From: Spirogloea muscicola
Lineage: Eukaryota
DNA: 55,436 nt
NCBI GenBank assembly: GCA_009602725.1
Contig: WELB01000004.1
Span: forward strand, 1,554,242 to 1,609,677
Direction of reading: 5' to 3'
Shown: positions 33,501 to 47,892 of the stretch, one piece after another
Position numbering within the stretch: the first letter of the stretch is position 1
How the letters are laid out: each line of letters starts with the position of its first letter
The notes under the pieces: generated by a model
Seen by the model: only the letters and a program-made list of their open reading frames with translations
What the model was told of the DNA's origin: nothing
Database searches by the model: none
Position numbers and translations under genes: made by a program

Positions 33501-36500
33501 TGGAGTGTGCTGAGCCTGACAGGCTTCACCCAAAATCATAGAACGATTCCGCGAACGAGAAGAGAATGTCAAGGTCAGCTACTGTGCACTATCTGCAGCA
33601 CGACCATTTTGGCACAAACAATCAGCTTCCATGATTGGATGAGATTTGATGCAGTCAACTCGATTGACTTCTGAAGGCCAGACGGCTTGTTGATGTAGAT
33701 AGATGTCTTCAACGCGTATGCGGACCTTCTTCGACAAACAGCGCTTGTAACCAAGGGGACTGCAGAACCGTACCTGCCCTCATCGTAAGCAATCTTGTCA
33801 GCTTGGAGTCGCCTGGGTATTGATTTCATTGAGTCAACTTCACTAATATTATTTGGTCTAGAGAGGAAGTTTGGCAAATCGTGCCGATCCTTTCTTTTCT
33901 CCTTAGGACCCCATTTAATCATACTTATTTCAAATGATATATGTTTCAACATGTATGCAAGTAGCCAGTGAACGATTGAATCTTCTTAAGTTCCTGTACC
34001 TGTGTTCAATGCCCTGCAGCCCTTTGTACATGCTACGGCAGGAGGTTCCAAAGCTTGTCCGCGCGCTGAATAAGCAGCTTCGAGAGAAGTCGATAAAGAC
34101 GCGGGTAAGCTCTAGCAGGGCTGTGCAAGACAGAGTGCCCTATCTTGTCAGATAATTCCATCGCTAATACTACCTTAATGCTAACTTAGCTTGTGTGGAC
34201 TTGTGTGAGGCATCGAGGTGCTCTGATCATTCTATTTCTTGATCCATCTTATCAGATAGGTGCATTTGGTGTACTACGTCAACTGGTGCTTGTCTTACCA
34301 AACAGCATGGCAGATTACATTGCCTCCCTCATTCCGGGCATTGAGAAGGCTTTACAGGTGAGCTTGAGTAGTTTATAGATTGGGGGCCTAGTAGCACTGG
34401 TGAATGTGCTCGAAGGCGCTAATCCAAATATATCTGATTTGCGGTACTGATCTCTCTTATTGGAGTGGTTGTTTGCGTGTGTGTCCGTGAATGCTCGCTT
34501 GAGCAGGATAAAGCATCTACTTCAAACCTCAAGATAGAGGCTCTCATTTTTACGCGAATTGTTATCTCTTCCCATTCCCCGCCACTTTTCCATCAGCATG
34601 TCAAGGTCCGTTGCTCTCAGAATTCTAGTGGAATGGCTAGCTAGCATGGCATCGACCTACTTGAATAATCCAATCATGTCCTGATCAAAATCCTTGCAAG
34701 CAATAACACACATCCATTTAGTGTTACCAATAAATTTCTGACAATGAAAGACGGTACTGCAGGTCCTGTCCTCAGCAGTTCTAGCTGCTATGAGTGAACG
34801 TTACTACAAGGTCACAGCAGAGGCACTGCGTGTTTGTGGAGAGCTAGTGAAAGCTATCAGGCCATCCTTCAGCGATGTGAGCATCAACAGCACTCTAGTG
34901 AGAGGCTTGGCAGATGCCTCTGCATGCTAGAATGCTTTGCTGAGAAGGAGACTACACAAGAAAACTAGCAATGTCTTAACTGCTGACTTGTTACTGCTTG
35001 TTATATCCTGCCAATTGCTCTTTGATACTCGGATTGCAGCCGCCAGAATTCGACTTCAAGCCTTATGTGCAACCTCTGTATTCCGCAACCATGAAGCGAC
35101 TTACTGCTCAAGACCAAGACCAGGTCCTCTCCAACATTGACGCTGTTTATCCAATTACATTACAATACATTGTCAGCTGGTTGGTTGCCTCCAATATGTT
35201 GTCACTCTCATCTCCACGGCTTTGAATTTACCAGGAAGTGAAGGAGTGCGCCATTACCTGCATGTGCCTTATCATCTCCATTCTAGGCGACAATCTGAAG
35301 AGGGAGCTGAAGACTTGCCTTCCCTTGCTCTTGGATCGCCTGCGCAATGAGATTACTCGCCAGACAGTTGTCAAGGTAAGCAGCAGATGTGGAGTCTCAG
35401 GGGCCACTTGCCTGTTTGCTGTACTGGGCAGTTGTCTTCGTCGGCACTTTTTCATGGCAGTCACTTGGGTTGACTTTACAGGTCTTACATTGTCATCCGC
35501 AGCTTGTGATTCGGCTGGTCCTGAGGACCCACTCTCACTTGACATGCTTGCAGGCTTTCTCTACAATTGCCGAGTCGCCTTTAGGAGTTGACCTCTCCCC
35601 TGTCCTGGAGCAAGTGCTGAGTGAACTCACATCATTCCTCCGAAAGGTACAATAGAGCTGGAGCTTGCACTGCCGAATCGGCGGCTGTGCAGGTAGCCTG
35701 TGCTATGACTTCATGCAAGAGAGAGTCCTCAAACTCACAGACTGTGTGTCAAGCTAGTTGCTGTTGGTGTCTTGTGAAGCTGTTCAGAAGCAGGCTTACA
35801 TTTAGGCCTGATTAAGCTCAATATGAGGCCTTGTGTGTTTGCAGGCCAATCGGGCTCTACGCCAAGCGTCCTTGGTCACAATCAATGCCCTCCTTGCAAG
35901 CTACAGCAAGCAAGCCAGTGCTGCGAGCTATGCTGCCATCATCGAGGAGCTGTGCCCACTCATCAGGTAGCTTGGAACATTCCTCAGATCATTGGCATTC
36001 ATCTTCTCGGATGTTATCGTAGGTCTGGCATTCATGCAGGTCATCAGTCACTGTGTCCTTCACAGTGTCATGCTTTTCATGACCTTGCTGTGAGGGGACA
36101 GACATAGTGCATCTCAAGGTGCAAGCCTTGGGACTTGTTACTTACTTGTGTGCTTATGCTTGTGCTTGATATGTGGCAGTGATGTGGACCTTCACATGAC
36201 TGCTCTGGTACTTGAGCTGTGCTGCACCATGATAGCAGACAGCGAGAAACATGCAGACTGTGGGTCCCTGATTTGCGAGAAGGTGCTCCCGCAAGTACTC
36301 GTGGTCCTCAAGAGTTCACTGTTGCAAGGTCAGGCTCTTCAGGTACGTTTGACTCTTACTGCCCATTGGTCACTTGTGGATCATGTTATACCAGTCGATG
36401 TGTCAAACAGTGACGTGCCTGACAAGCTGCTAGAAGCTTAGATCTGGGGCCTTTTTATGGCGGCCGAGCATTAAGGTTCAGCATGTACACCTTATTAGCC

Positions 36501-39500
36501 ATGTCAGCTGCTCCAGCGGTGTTGATGTCCAGCGGTGATAATCGATACTGTGAGCTCGGCCATGCAGATGTTGCAGCAATTCCTGGCTTCGCTTGTTCGC
36601 ACTGCCAACATCAGCTTCGACGCGCTCCTGGACGAGCTACTCTTGACCTCCAAGGGCGCATCAGCCCTTGGGGGTGGGGTCAGCAAGCAGGCTTACCACT
36701 CCATTGCGCAGTGTGTCGCAGTCCTCTGCGTTGCGGCTGGGGATGCAAAGTGCGACTCAACAGTTGAAATGCTCCTCAATAACCTGCGCTCTGGAAGTGG
36801 CCGGGATGCGGTGTGTCACATCAATCTGTCTTTACCTTGCAGATTTGTGGTCATCCCAACGTCTATTGTCCCCAAAGCTTATATACGCATTGTTGTTAGT
36901 AGTGCACTTGTGCAGTATACAGTCTCCATCGCACTTGTGCTGACATTGTCATAACTACAACCACATTGACATCCGCTAGTGTTTCCATGCTGCAATACAT
37001 GTCTGCATGTCTGGTGCTCTTGACATGTGCTGGACTGAGAGTTTGGCAAAGGTAGACTGGACTGGACATCACTGAGTGTATTGAGCATTACTTCTAATTG
37101 AGTTACTGGGTCCTTTGGTTCTATCAGATGCACTTGCTTTCCCTACTCTGCTTGGGCGAGATCGGAAGGCGGAAAGACCTCAGTGGGCACGCCGACATTG
37201 AGACGGTCATCACCTCGTCTTTCCAGTCTCCTTCGGAGGAGATAAAGGCAGCTGCTTCGTACTCGCTTGGTAATGTTGCCGTGGGGAATCTGGCCAAGTA
37301 TTTACCTTTCATACTGCACCAGATCGACAGCCACATCAAGCTACAGTACCTGCTCCTTCATTCCTTAAAGGAGGTGTGTAGTATGAGCAACTTCTGGGCT
37401 GCCACCAGTCAGGCCCACTCCTTAGACCAGGCTATGCTGTAGACTTTGTTTCCTGGGCTTTGAGCTGACCAGGTAAGATAGTTCGCAAGTAGACTGCTGC
37501 AGAAGTGCAGTAGGTGCCACCATCATTACTGGCATATCATCAGAATAGTCCACTGTGCTCTGACATACAGCCAAGTACGCCTGTGCCCAGGTTATAAGCA
37601 GACAGTCACATGAGGAGGAGCTGAAGGTCACTAAGATACTCGAAGAAAAGGAGATGGACACAGTTCTCCAACTCCTCTTTGCGCACTGCGAGAGCGAAGA
37701 GGAGGGTGTTCGGAATGTCGTCGCCGAGTGCCTGGGCAAACTGGCACTGATTGAAGCGGCAACCCTGATCCCCCTCCTTAAGGTTCAGCCTGCTTTCCTT
37801 CTCCGTAGCTCGTAGAGGATGGCAAGCATCAAGTTGGATGTTGCTGCTATGGTGGACTACTGAGTACCCAGCACGACGTCACAGTGTGTGCTCTGCCAAT
37901 TGGAAATGTGGGCACTCAGTGCACTGTGGGCGACAGTGCCTTTCCTGATCCTCTTCCTATCTGCAAGTTCGCAGGAGCGCACAAGGAGTCCCTCCCCATT
38001 CACAAGGGCCACAGTTGTTACCTCGGTCAAGTTCACTGTTGTAGGCCCTCCGGCTGTCGTTGAGGCCCACATGAAGCCGTGCATCCGGACATTCCTGCAA
38101 CTTATAGAGGACGAGGACAGGGTAGACTATTTCTGCCTCCCTGCTGATAAGGCTACACACATGTCTGAAGCTTCCTCAGTGGTATCGGTGTCATTACCTT
38201 GCCTGTCACATGATATTTGGTGTTTGGTTGTGCCCCACAATTGTGTGCAGCATGTGAGGCGAGCCGCTGTCTTGACGCTGAGTACAGCTGCTCACAACAG
38301 GCCGGGCCTGGTTGTCGACCTGCTGCCTGAGCTACTGCCCCTCCTCTATGATCAAACCGTTGTCAAGGTGACCATGCCTTTGATGCTAGGTAAATGGGCC
38401 CTGGCTAGAAAGGCCGCCTTAATGACAATTTGCAAAGCATAAAGTGGGCTCACCTTACTGTGGCCGCATCTGCAATGTGCTGACATCATGCCGCTTTTGC
38501 CTTTTTCAGTAAATTTCTGCATCCTTCCTGTCGGCAGGAGGAGCTGATCAGAACTGTAGACCTCGGGCCGTTCAAGCATACGGTGGACGACGGGCTGGAG
38601 CTTCGCAAGGCTGCGTTTGAGTGTGTGGACACTCTGCTGGACACATGCCTCGACAGCCTTGACCCGTCCAGCTTCATCATTCCCTACCTAGTTGGCGGGC
38701 TCTCAGGTTTGCTGACAAACAATTTCGCTTGCTGTGTGCATATATATTACTCTGTACGTCGTACGATTAGTTCTGCATGGTATGGAGTCTGTATCCACAG
38801 GCCCTACACCTCCTTGCAGCCCTTTGAGCCATAGATGATTCTACGTCTGAGGACCTGAGCTGTGAGGAGCATGCAGCATTTGCTTATATGCCATCTTGTT
38901 ACCAGATTATGATGCCGCACATTGCAGTGGTGGTTTTGACCATTGACCGCCGACCATTGACCATTGACCATTGACCACCCTTGAATTGAACATTGACTAT
39001 TGACCACCATTGACTGAGGCAGATCACTATGACGTGAAGATGCCATGCCATCTTATACTCTCCAAGCTTTCGGTCACGAGCAGCTCATCCGTTTTAGCAG
39101 GTCCGCTGCTGCTTTCTTGCGGTCTATCGCCTTGTTGTCAAGTTCCCTAGTCTTAGGTCCATCACTGGCAATTGCAAGGTTCTGCTCTTGTGATGTCTTA
39201 GATTAGATGCTAAGTTTGCTTCTCTTCATTCTGCAGCTTATGCAAGTTGTGCGATCGTGCAGTTGTTGACGCGCTTGTGGAGCCTCTGGAGAAGACAGTG
39301 ACCGAGAAGACAAAGCCAGACGCCGTGAAGCAGGAGGTTGATCGGAATGAGGACATGATCCGATCTGCCCTACGCGCCATTGACTCCTTGTCGCGCATTC
39401 CGTGAGTTTTTCCACCTTCAGAGCTCTGAGGGTCACAAAATGCGAATCACTGCAGGCATTTGTACTCCCACACTGTGCGCCTCCTCCACTTACATTGCCA

Positions 39501-39726
39501 AAGTTGCACATGGGAGTCCTAGTGTGTCCGTATGCAGCAACCCTGCAGCTTTGACTGGTGGAGTGATAATCGGGCGTGATAATGTTGCAGAAATGTGGAG
39601 TTGAGCGGGAGGTTCAAGGCGTTCATGCACAGCGTCGTGAAGGTGGGAGTCCTCGCGGCCAAGTTTGAGGTGGTGCGCCACGAGGGCGACTCCTTGCTCC
39701 AGGGCGACAGGCAGGATGCAAGCTAG
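30546..39726 (+). CDS. CAND1: Cullin-associated NEDD8-dissociated protein 1 (HEAT repeats), ~28 exons
   Basis: [12 protein letters not shown] / [20 protein letters not shown] / [19 protein letters not shown] / [11 protein letters not shown] / [10 protein letters not shown] / [14 protein letters not shown] / [16 protein letters not shown] / [28 protein letters not shown] / [19 protein letters not shown], with consistent GT-AG splice sites. Stop TAG at 39724-39726. Confidence 0.97.
32056..32093 (+). repeat. (ACTAT)n intronic microsatellite
   Basis: actatactgtactacactatactatactatactatact. Confidence 0.85.
38937..39016 (+). repeat. (TGACCAT)n degenerate heptamer repeat in CAND1 intron
   Basis: tgaccattgaccgccgaccattgaccattgaccattgacc...ttgactattgaccaccattgactg. 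Confidence 0.8.
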
Positions 39727-40490
39727 CCACTGGCAGGCCCTCTGAGCAGATTGGTCTTCGAACCTTGACGTGCACACTAAATGACACTGCACCTCAACTC
39801 CCTTTCCCTCCTCTCTCTGACATTTGCCAGCCTTCCTCTCCACCTTCCACTTGCGGTTCCTCATCTGACACGCCGCACTTTGTCTTGGGACCCTTGCCTG
39901 ATTCATGAACGGAGAGCCTGTTGCCAAACAGGCACATGGTTAGCTTGAAGTCCAGCTTGCAGTCGACCATGTTTGTTATTTCTGGCAAACGCCTTGCTTG
40001 TGAATAGAAGCATTGAAGCCACGCTAACCATAGCCCTGCTTTGGTTGATTGTGAGAGGAGAAGCCAGACCTCAGTTGCTGGGATATGTCTGATGCCGACC
40101 ATCTGCCTTCAACTTGTGCCACCTCCTTGATGAAGCTCCAAGTTGTGACAAATTTTTAAGCAAGATAGTTTGATGAGCACGTCGCCACGGCTGGTGAATG
40201 AAATCACATGGTGAGGATGCAGTTTGGGTCTATATGCAGACAGTGAGCATTGAGAGCCAGCATAGAACCCTAGCCTTGCGCTTCTGGTGTGCCATGTAAG
40301 CATGCTACGCAAGGGCAAAACGGCCAGCGGGTACGCACCTGAAGCACCCCAGGAAAGCTGCTGCAAGTAAAGCGATTAGGCACCAGGCAGGCCACCGCAC
40401 GGATGCTGCGCTGACTGCCAGCCCGCGATGCCGAACGCACACAGACAGAATACTCGCCTGCCTCAAGTGCTGCAAGGTGAGCTGAGAGGA

Positions 40491-42538
40491 CTAGTCACTG
40501 CTCCCAGCGCCGTGCAGCGCGCCGTCAGAGCTGCCCTCGTCGTCCTGGGCAGTGGCAGCAGCAGCGGCAGCGGCAGCGGCCTCTTCCTCCTCGTCCTCAT
40601 AAATCTCCTCCACAATCTCGTCGCCCTCTTCGTCGCCCCACCGCTCCCTCCCTCCGCCCCCAACCTCCACCTCCTCCTCTCCTTCGTCCTCCTCGTCATC
40701 GTCGTCATCCTCCTCCCCCTCGTCGTCCTCCTCCTCCTTATCACCCCCTCTTGTTGGGCCCTCACCGTCCGCTCCTTCACTGCCGCTGTCCTCGTCGTGT
40801 CCAGTGCCGTCGTCGTCATCCGAGCCCATCTCCAGCTGCCTGGCTGTGGTTGCTGAAGGTGCACTCGCTTCGACCCGCCGCAGTTGCTCATTGAGCACTT
40901 GTATAGCTGTGCAAGCCACCAATGCTCAACAACTCCAACGCAGGTGCCCAGCGCCAAGAGAAGAAACATCCACTCGCTGTACAGAATATGTGTCTTGCAT
41001 ATGTCTTGTCTGATTGTTTGGATTGACGATTTCCGCGATCGTTTGCAGTACACGTACAGACAGAGTCCATACTTAAGAGGTCTAGCCCGCACAAGTGGCT
41101 CAGAGTTGAGGAGGCGCTACCTGCTACGCGGTTTTGGTTGACAGGCAAATGGACGGCATTTGAGGTAGCAGCTCGCGCCGACGCCTTGACGTTCAGCCGC
41201 AGCCGCTCGTGCACATGGACAGCACTGGCCTGTATTGACCCAGCGGAGCCAGCACACAAGCAAGGCTGAGTGTCAGTCTTAGTTGGGTGCTCGAAGCATG
41301 CATGCGCGGGACGAGAGAAGGCGGCAGTAAGGGAAACACCCCTTGTTGCCGTGCGGTGCTGCAACATGGACCAGGTCTACGGATCTGGTCGGTGTCGTCT
41401 ACGTGGGGCTTCAGAGCTGGAACATATGGAGTGTCCATCTGTAAGAGCAGCACAGTTGGATTGCTACCTCTCGACGAAGGCGCTCTGACTGAGCAGCCTG
41501 CGCCTCCCGTAGCTTCTCCAGCTCCTCGGCGGCACGCTGCGCCCTCTCCTTGGCCTCCGCCTGCAGCAATGCACTGCTTGGGCTTAAGACAGCGGCGTAC
41601 GACAGTAATATTCAGCCGATTGCTGCCACGTGGTCGCAACTTTCAGATCACTGAGGAAATAAAAGTCTTGGATTGAGGCCGAGCAGAGGGGCGGAGCATG
41701 CCACGCTCACCTCCTTGCGCTGTCGCTCAGCCTCGGCCTGCTCCTGGCGCTGCTGCCGCTCCGCCACTTCCCGCGCCTCCCGGTCCCTTGCCTCGATCTG
41801 CAGGAGCCGGTCGGCCGCGCCGCGCCAAGAGCCGCCACAGTTACCACCTCGTCTGACCTTTGAGCTATCACCCTGACACCTTAACCTTACCCTGACGCCT
41901 TTCACATACACTGTGCCTAACCTGTACACCTGACCCAGAAACTCGTAACCCAGAGTCAAGCTTGGCGCTGGCCGTGCCGAGGCCAGTGTGCTGGACATGG
42001 GGGTACCTGGCCGCGTACGGCCGCGAGCTTGGCGCGCTCCACCTCCAGGAGGAAGCTGGCGACCTGCACGCCCTCCTCGGCCCGCATCTGCCCCTGCGCC
42101 GGCCGCAGCAGCGGCAAAGTCGGCGAGGATAAGGCGTCTTGCACCCGTGTTCTCAGTTTCACAATCTGACAATTCCACCAATAACGTTGTACTCAACGCG
42201 GCGATCAGCGCTCAGGAATCTGCGATGGCAAAGCAAGGTGTCCGAGCATCCTGGAGCTAACCAAGCGACTGGGACAGCTGGGCGGTCACCGCCAGCTGGG
42301 CGCGCCCAGCTGTGCACCCAAAGCGGCCTTGGCGGACGGTGGCGGCGACGGCGGCGAGCAATGTGTGCCGCTGCTGCCTGCTATCGGTTTGGGTTTTGAG
42401 AGATAGGGTTTTGGATTTAGGGGTCTAGGGTTCAATACCTGGGCGCGTCGGCGGAGGACGGAGTTGAAGGCGTCCACGGCGGCGCGCGCGCGGGCCTCGG
42501 CGGCGCCCACGCGCTCGGCGACGGCGGCGCCGAGGCCG
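40491..42538 (-). CDS. Hypothetical coiled-coil protein with highly acidic C-terminus; 5' end in assembly gap
   Basis: Phase-consistent GT-AG exons 42538-42439, 42087-42007, 41797-41711, 41560-41468, 41229-41121, 40906-40491 give ...AVDAFNSVLRRRAQMRAEEGVQVASFLLEVERAKLAAVRGQIEARDREAREVAERQQRQEQ...GSDDDDG...EEEDDEGEEDDDDDEE...GSSD*. No family recognised. Confidence 0.7.
42385..42433 (+). repeat. Degenerate telomere-like repeat at intron start
   Basis: ggtttgggttttgagagatagggttttggatttaggggtctagggttc. Confidence 0.6.
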
Positions 42539-43424
42539 NNNNNNNNNNNNNNNNNNNNNNNNNNNNNNNNNNNNNNNNNNNNNNNNNNNNNNNNNNNNNN
42601 NNNNNNNNNNNNNNNNNNNNNNNNNNNNNNNNNNNNNNNNNNNNNNNNNNNNNNNNNNNNNNNNNNNNNNNNNNNNNNNNNNNNNNNNNNNNNNNNNNNN
42701 NNNNNNNNNNNNNNNNNNNNNNNNNNNNNNNNNNNNNNNNNNNNNNNNNNNNNNNNNNNNNNNNNNNNNNNNNNNNNNNNNNNNNNNNNNNNNNNNNNNN
42801 NNNNNNNNNNNNNNNNNNNNNNNNNNNNNNNNNNNNNNNNNNNNNNNNNNNNNNNNNNNNNNNNNNNNNNNNNNNNNNNNNNNNNNNNNNNNNNNNNNNN
42901 NNNNNNNNNNNNNNNNNNNNNNNNNNNNNNNNNNNNNNNNNNNNNNNNNNNNNNNNNNNNNNNNNNNNNNNNNNNNNNNNNNNNNNNNNNNNNNNNNNNN
43001 NNNNNNNNNNNNNNNNNNNNNNNNNNNNNNNNNNNNNNNNNNNNNNNNNNNNNNNNNNNNNNNNNNNNNNNNNNNNNNNNNNNNNNNNNNNNNNNNNNNN
43101 NNNNNNNNNNNNNNNNNNNNNNNNNNNNNNNNNNNNNNNNNNNNNNNNNNNNNNNNNNNNNNNNNNNNNNNNNNNNNNNNNNNNNNNNNNNNNNNNNNNN
43201 NNNNNNNNNNNNNNNNNNNNNNNNNNNNNNNNNNNNNNNNNNNNNNNNNNNNNNNNNNNNNNNNNNNNNNNNNNNNNNNNNNNNNNNNNNNNNNNNNNNN
43301 NNNNNNNNNNNNNNNNNNNNNNNNNNNNNNNNNNNNNNNNNNNNNNNNNNNNNNNNNNNNNNNNNNNNNNNNNNNNNNNNNNNNNNNNNNNNNNNNNNNN
43401 NNNNNNNNNNNNNNNNNNNNNNNN
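42539..43424. other. Assembly gap (886 N) covering the 5' ends and shared promoter of two divergent genes
   Basis: Run of N flanked by GC-rich open frames pointing away from the gap. Confidence 0.99.
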
Positions 43425-46400
43425 CAGCTCCGCACAGGCCAAGGCCGAGCTGGCCCTCACTGCCGCCGCCGCCGCCGCGGCGTCGCCCGCAGTGCTTCAG
43501 CGCCGGGCCGGGCGTCCAGCTGTGGTCCGTCGGCGACGGCGCCGCCGCCACGACGGAGGTGAGCCGGCGCTCATCGCCGAGCCGGCGGTGCTGCCAGCGG
43601 CACGCGTTTTGCAGCGCCTCGACGGCCGCCGCCTTCCCTCTGGCTGCTCGCAGGACGGCGTCGACGATGGCGCTCAGCAGGCGCGCCGGGCGCCGCAGCA
43701 GACGTTCCTGGTTCAGTTCCCGTCGGAGGACGCGAGCCGCGACTTTCTGGCCGAGGTCGACGACTGCCGCGCCGGCAGCGGTGAGTCTACGAGCAGTCGC
43801 GGCTTGGGGTTTTCCGCCAGCACTTTACTTCACCACTTTCATCACTCCCTCGTTGCTTCATTTAATCCCATCTGTGAGTTTATTTTGTTCTCCTCATAAA
43901 GGCAAAGTTTGGTGGTGCTACGCTGCTGTGCTTTGGTCCACAGCAGCCAAGCTTGCCAATGGTGCCGTCGCTTCCATGACCGCCGCTCCCCAAGCCGCCG
44001 CTGCTGCCGCGAACCGCTTCGAGACGAAGATCGAGGCGGCGTCGGCCAAGATGTACTTCCACTACTACGGCCAGCTGCTGCACCAGCAGAACATGCTCCA
44101 AGACTACGTCCGCACGGGTACTCTTTGCCGCTGCAGCTCTGCTGTGCACCTGCTACACCGTGGCAGTATATTGCCAGCATGCCAGCCGCTGACCATGCCA
44201 TACGACTTCCAGCAGCCAAGCTCGTAGCCTTGGTCAGACTCGGCTAGTATCAAAGTGCTGGGCTGTTGTCATTGGCTCGCGCCACTATGGTAAGAACATG
44301 AGGCTCTGAAGCTTGACAAAGTGGTATAAGCTCTTCCAAGCACAGGCACCTACTATGCGGCGATTGTGGAGAATCGGTGTGACCTGGAAGGCAAGGTGGT
44401 CATGGATGTCGGCGCTGGCAGCGGCATCTTGTCCCTCTTTGCAGCTCAGGCAAGGCGCGAAGTAGCCCATTACTTATGCAACCACCTCTGCACGCGCTTG
44501 ATACATACTTGAGATCCTTGATGGATACCCAAGTATTTCCAAGTGTTATCAGATATTATTGCGACCTTCTTTTGTCACACTTCTATAGAACATCACAAGG
44601 TATATGAGCACACCAGCACGGTAAAGTCGCAGCTGCTGAGGAGATGCTGTTGCCAAAGTATTCCCATGTGCAGGCTGGAGCACGGCATGTGTACGCCGTG
44701 GAGGCGTCGAGCATGGCTGACTATGCGCGGCGGCTCATGGCTGGCAACCCAAAACTGGGCAAATGTATCACAGTGAGCTAGCACCGGTGCTCCAGCAGCC
44801 CAAGCTCACCAGTCTGGGGTCAGGGCTAGGTTTAAGGGTTAACACCAGGCCAAGCCAGATGCTTGTAAGATGCAGAGATGCTTGCCTTGTCATGTCGTTT
44901 CATCTGCCAGCGTGCATTCAGGGTCCTGGCAGCTCGTCAGTCTCGCGGCTCTGCTCGGCTTGCTCCCCTGCTCCAGCTGCGCTTACGCTCTTCTCCTGCT
45001 GAGGGGGCTCTTCTGAACCTGGGCTTTTGTGTGAAGCACCAATGATGCGTACTTAGTTGGGCTGCTGACGTGATCCTGGCGAGGCTTCCTCACTTGCTTG
45101 CTGCGAGCTGCTTTCAGATACTTCATGGCAAGGTGGAGGAGGTGGAGCTGCCAGAGAAGGTGGACATCCTCATCTCGGAGCCGATGGGTATGCCCTCACC
45201 TTCCTGACGCTTTGGTGCACCTTCATCCAGGTGACACAGGTTGGCACCAAGCAACTTCTCTGCAGGGTCGGCAGCTTTTGTGGGCAGTATACTGAAAGAG
45301 GCCTTTACTGTGTGACTGCATGGGACTAGCACGTCAATGATCTGGCTCAGCTGAGCAACATTTGTGCCCAACCATGCAATCACATGCAGCGGAGGCTTAA
45401 GAATTGGGACTTAAGAGTGAAGTAAGTTAAGGTCTGAGTAAGAGCTGAACGTACAAGAAGTGCAGTCTATGCAACCTCATCTACCGCCAATCCAGAACAA
45501 TTAAACTGCAATTTCTGAGCACGAGCACCAATAAATAAGCTACCTACTACACCCTGCAGGTACATTGCTCGTCAATGAGCGCATGCTAGAGTCATACATA
45601 ATTGCCAGAGATCGCTTCCTCAAGCCTGGTGGCAAGATGTTCCCCAGTGTCGGCAGGTAACATCAACTCAGATTGGTGTTGCACCACCAGTCTGCCTATA
45701 TAAATCCCACTCCATTCGCCTATATTATATCTTCACTGCAACACAGGCACTGGAAAGTTGGCCTGGATTGTGAGCAACATGGGCAGGGCTTTGGCCCTTC
45801 CTTGCTACATAACGGCCACGCGAATCAGAGCAGTCCGTCTGCTTAAGGTGTTTGTTGCACGCGGTGGCTGAGATGATGTCCTCTCCTTGTGACCAGAATA
45901 TACATGGCTCCATTTTCTGACGAGTACCTCTTTGTGGAACTGGCCAACAAGGTGGGCAGCCTGAGCTTGTGGGACTTGTGAGCCTGGTTTAGAAGAGCTG
46001 CAGACACGTGTTTCTAGTAAGGACTATTCAAGTACTTCTGCTGACATGCTCGAGGAAAGACCTCAGCTGCTAGGCCTGGGGCTCAGAAGCAAGGGATAGG
46101 CTTGGGCTTACAAACTGCTATTGGCTACTGAGATCTGCTCCGTTGGGCCTCTGTGATAGGCGCTCTTCTGGCAGCAGCAGAGCTACTATGGGGTGGACCT
46201 CACGCCGCTCCATGCTGCCGCCTCCAGTGGTTACTTTGCTCAGGTGGTTCACCCAGCATGTCCACCTTGACCAATGTGCTACAATAGCAGGATCAGAATA
46301 GCAGGCATTTGGCACATCGCTGCGTGAGCTGTCTTTCATTTATTGTCAGATGATTTGTGGAGAAGTGAAGCAAGACAAGCCACAGAAAGATACTTTTTGC

Positions 46401-47856
46401 TGAGTTGTTTCCGGGAGTATTTAGGTCCACCATATCTCGTGAATCCTTAAGTACAGGTCTGCATAAAAGCGCAAAGTCATTGAACAATGCATGAAGTCAT
46501 AGCTAGCCCGTGTCGTTGTGTGCCTCGACCTTTCTTACAGAGTAACCTTCTCAAAAGCACCCTCTTCTCACCTTCTTTGCATGCCCTGCAGCCAGTTGTA
46601 GATGCGTTCGACCCGCGCATCCTCATAGCGCCTCCAATTGTTCATGTCATCAACTTCTTAGAGGCTAAGGTGATAGAATCTCTTTACTAAATCCCTCTCT
46701 TCTTGCAGCACAAATGATTCCCTTGTTGGTGCACGTTGATATGCTCAAGAAGCAGCGTAAGCGGTCATAATATGCTCAAGAAGCAGCTTAAGCGGTCATT
46801 CCTGTAATCTTATTGATGCTACTGGCTAACATGTGAGGGCACCCAGCTGCCCTTCAAGAGTAGTAGCATGCCATGCAGATACGTGATGTAAAACGATATG
46901 CAGGTCTTGCGCTGAGCTTCACCTCAGTAGCTTGACCTAGCATGGTGCAGGAAGAGGACCTCTACGAGATCGACATCCCACTCAGCTTCACAGCGGCCAC
47001 CGCCGCCCGCGTACACGGCCTGGCGTGCTGGTTTGACGTGCTCTTCAATGGCAGGTGAAGCCTTGCCTTCCTTTCCCAATTAATCACCTGAGCTCCTGTA
47101 CAAGTATCTGCGCACTGCTCCCTTGGCCCGTCATAAGGATCTTCTTTTCAGCCTTTTCTGAGGGCCTGCATCAAGACTACCTTAAGCTCTTGAGATATGT
47201 CCTAATTGCTCCAGTTTTCAGGCACTTTTGAGGCTTAATTGCTACTTGGGCCTGCTTGTGCAGCTCATTGCCTAGATGGCTGTCGACAGCCCCTGGCTCC
47301 CCGACCACGCACTGGTACCAGCTCCGGTGCGTCCTGCCCCAGCCGCTCTATGTCCTGGCGGGCCAGATTGTGACCGGCAGGATGCTCATGACTGCGCATC
47401 GGTCCCAGAGCTACGCAATCCACCTCACTTTATCAGGTGACGCTTAAGAACATTGCAAGTTTGCATCCGTCTTCACTAAGGTGCACCATGCATCATGGTG
47501 CCCATTGCAGACGCTTGTCTCTAACTTACAGAATCTGTTACACATCGTAGGGTTTTTTTTCTTATTGATGATCCGGCCTGGCTCTGGGCAAATCGTTTGC
47601 CAGCCTTGCAAGGGAGCGTGTTGCAAAGCTCTAGCAGCAAGCTGGACCTGAAGGAGCCGTACTATAGGATGTCCACGGCGCCCGCGTACACGTGGGACCA
47701 GCAGGTACAGCAGCCCCAGGTAGGAGCCGGCAGGTCTTGCTAGCCTTTCCCCTCCAAAAGCATATCAACATGCTGTCGAAAGACTAGTACCTGGTAATGC
47801 ACGCAGTGTTTATCAATCTCAATTTCCAATTGATTTTACGAACTTGCGCAGGTTGT

Positions 47857-47892
<36 letters not shown>

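Noticed and set aside
41371..41438. Extra exon MDTPYVPALKPH in the hypothetical gene
   Set aside because: It would need a 29-nt intron; the model is phase-consistent without it.
42286..44227. Long ORFs of 336-587 aa in the ORF track
   Set aside because: They are artefacts of translating through the N gap.
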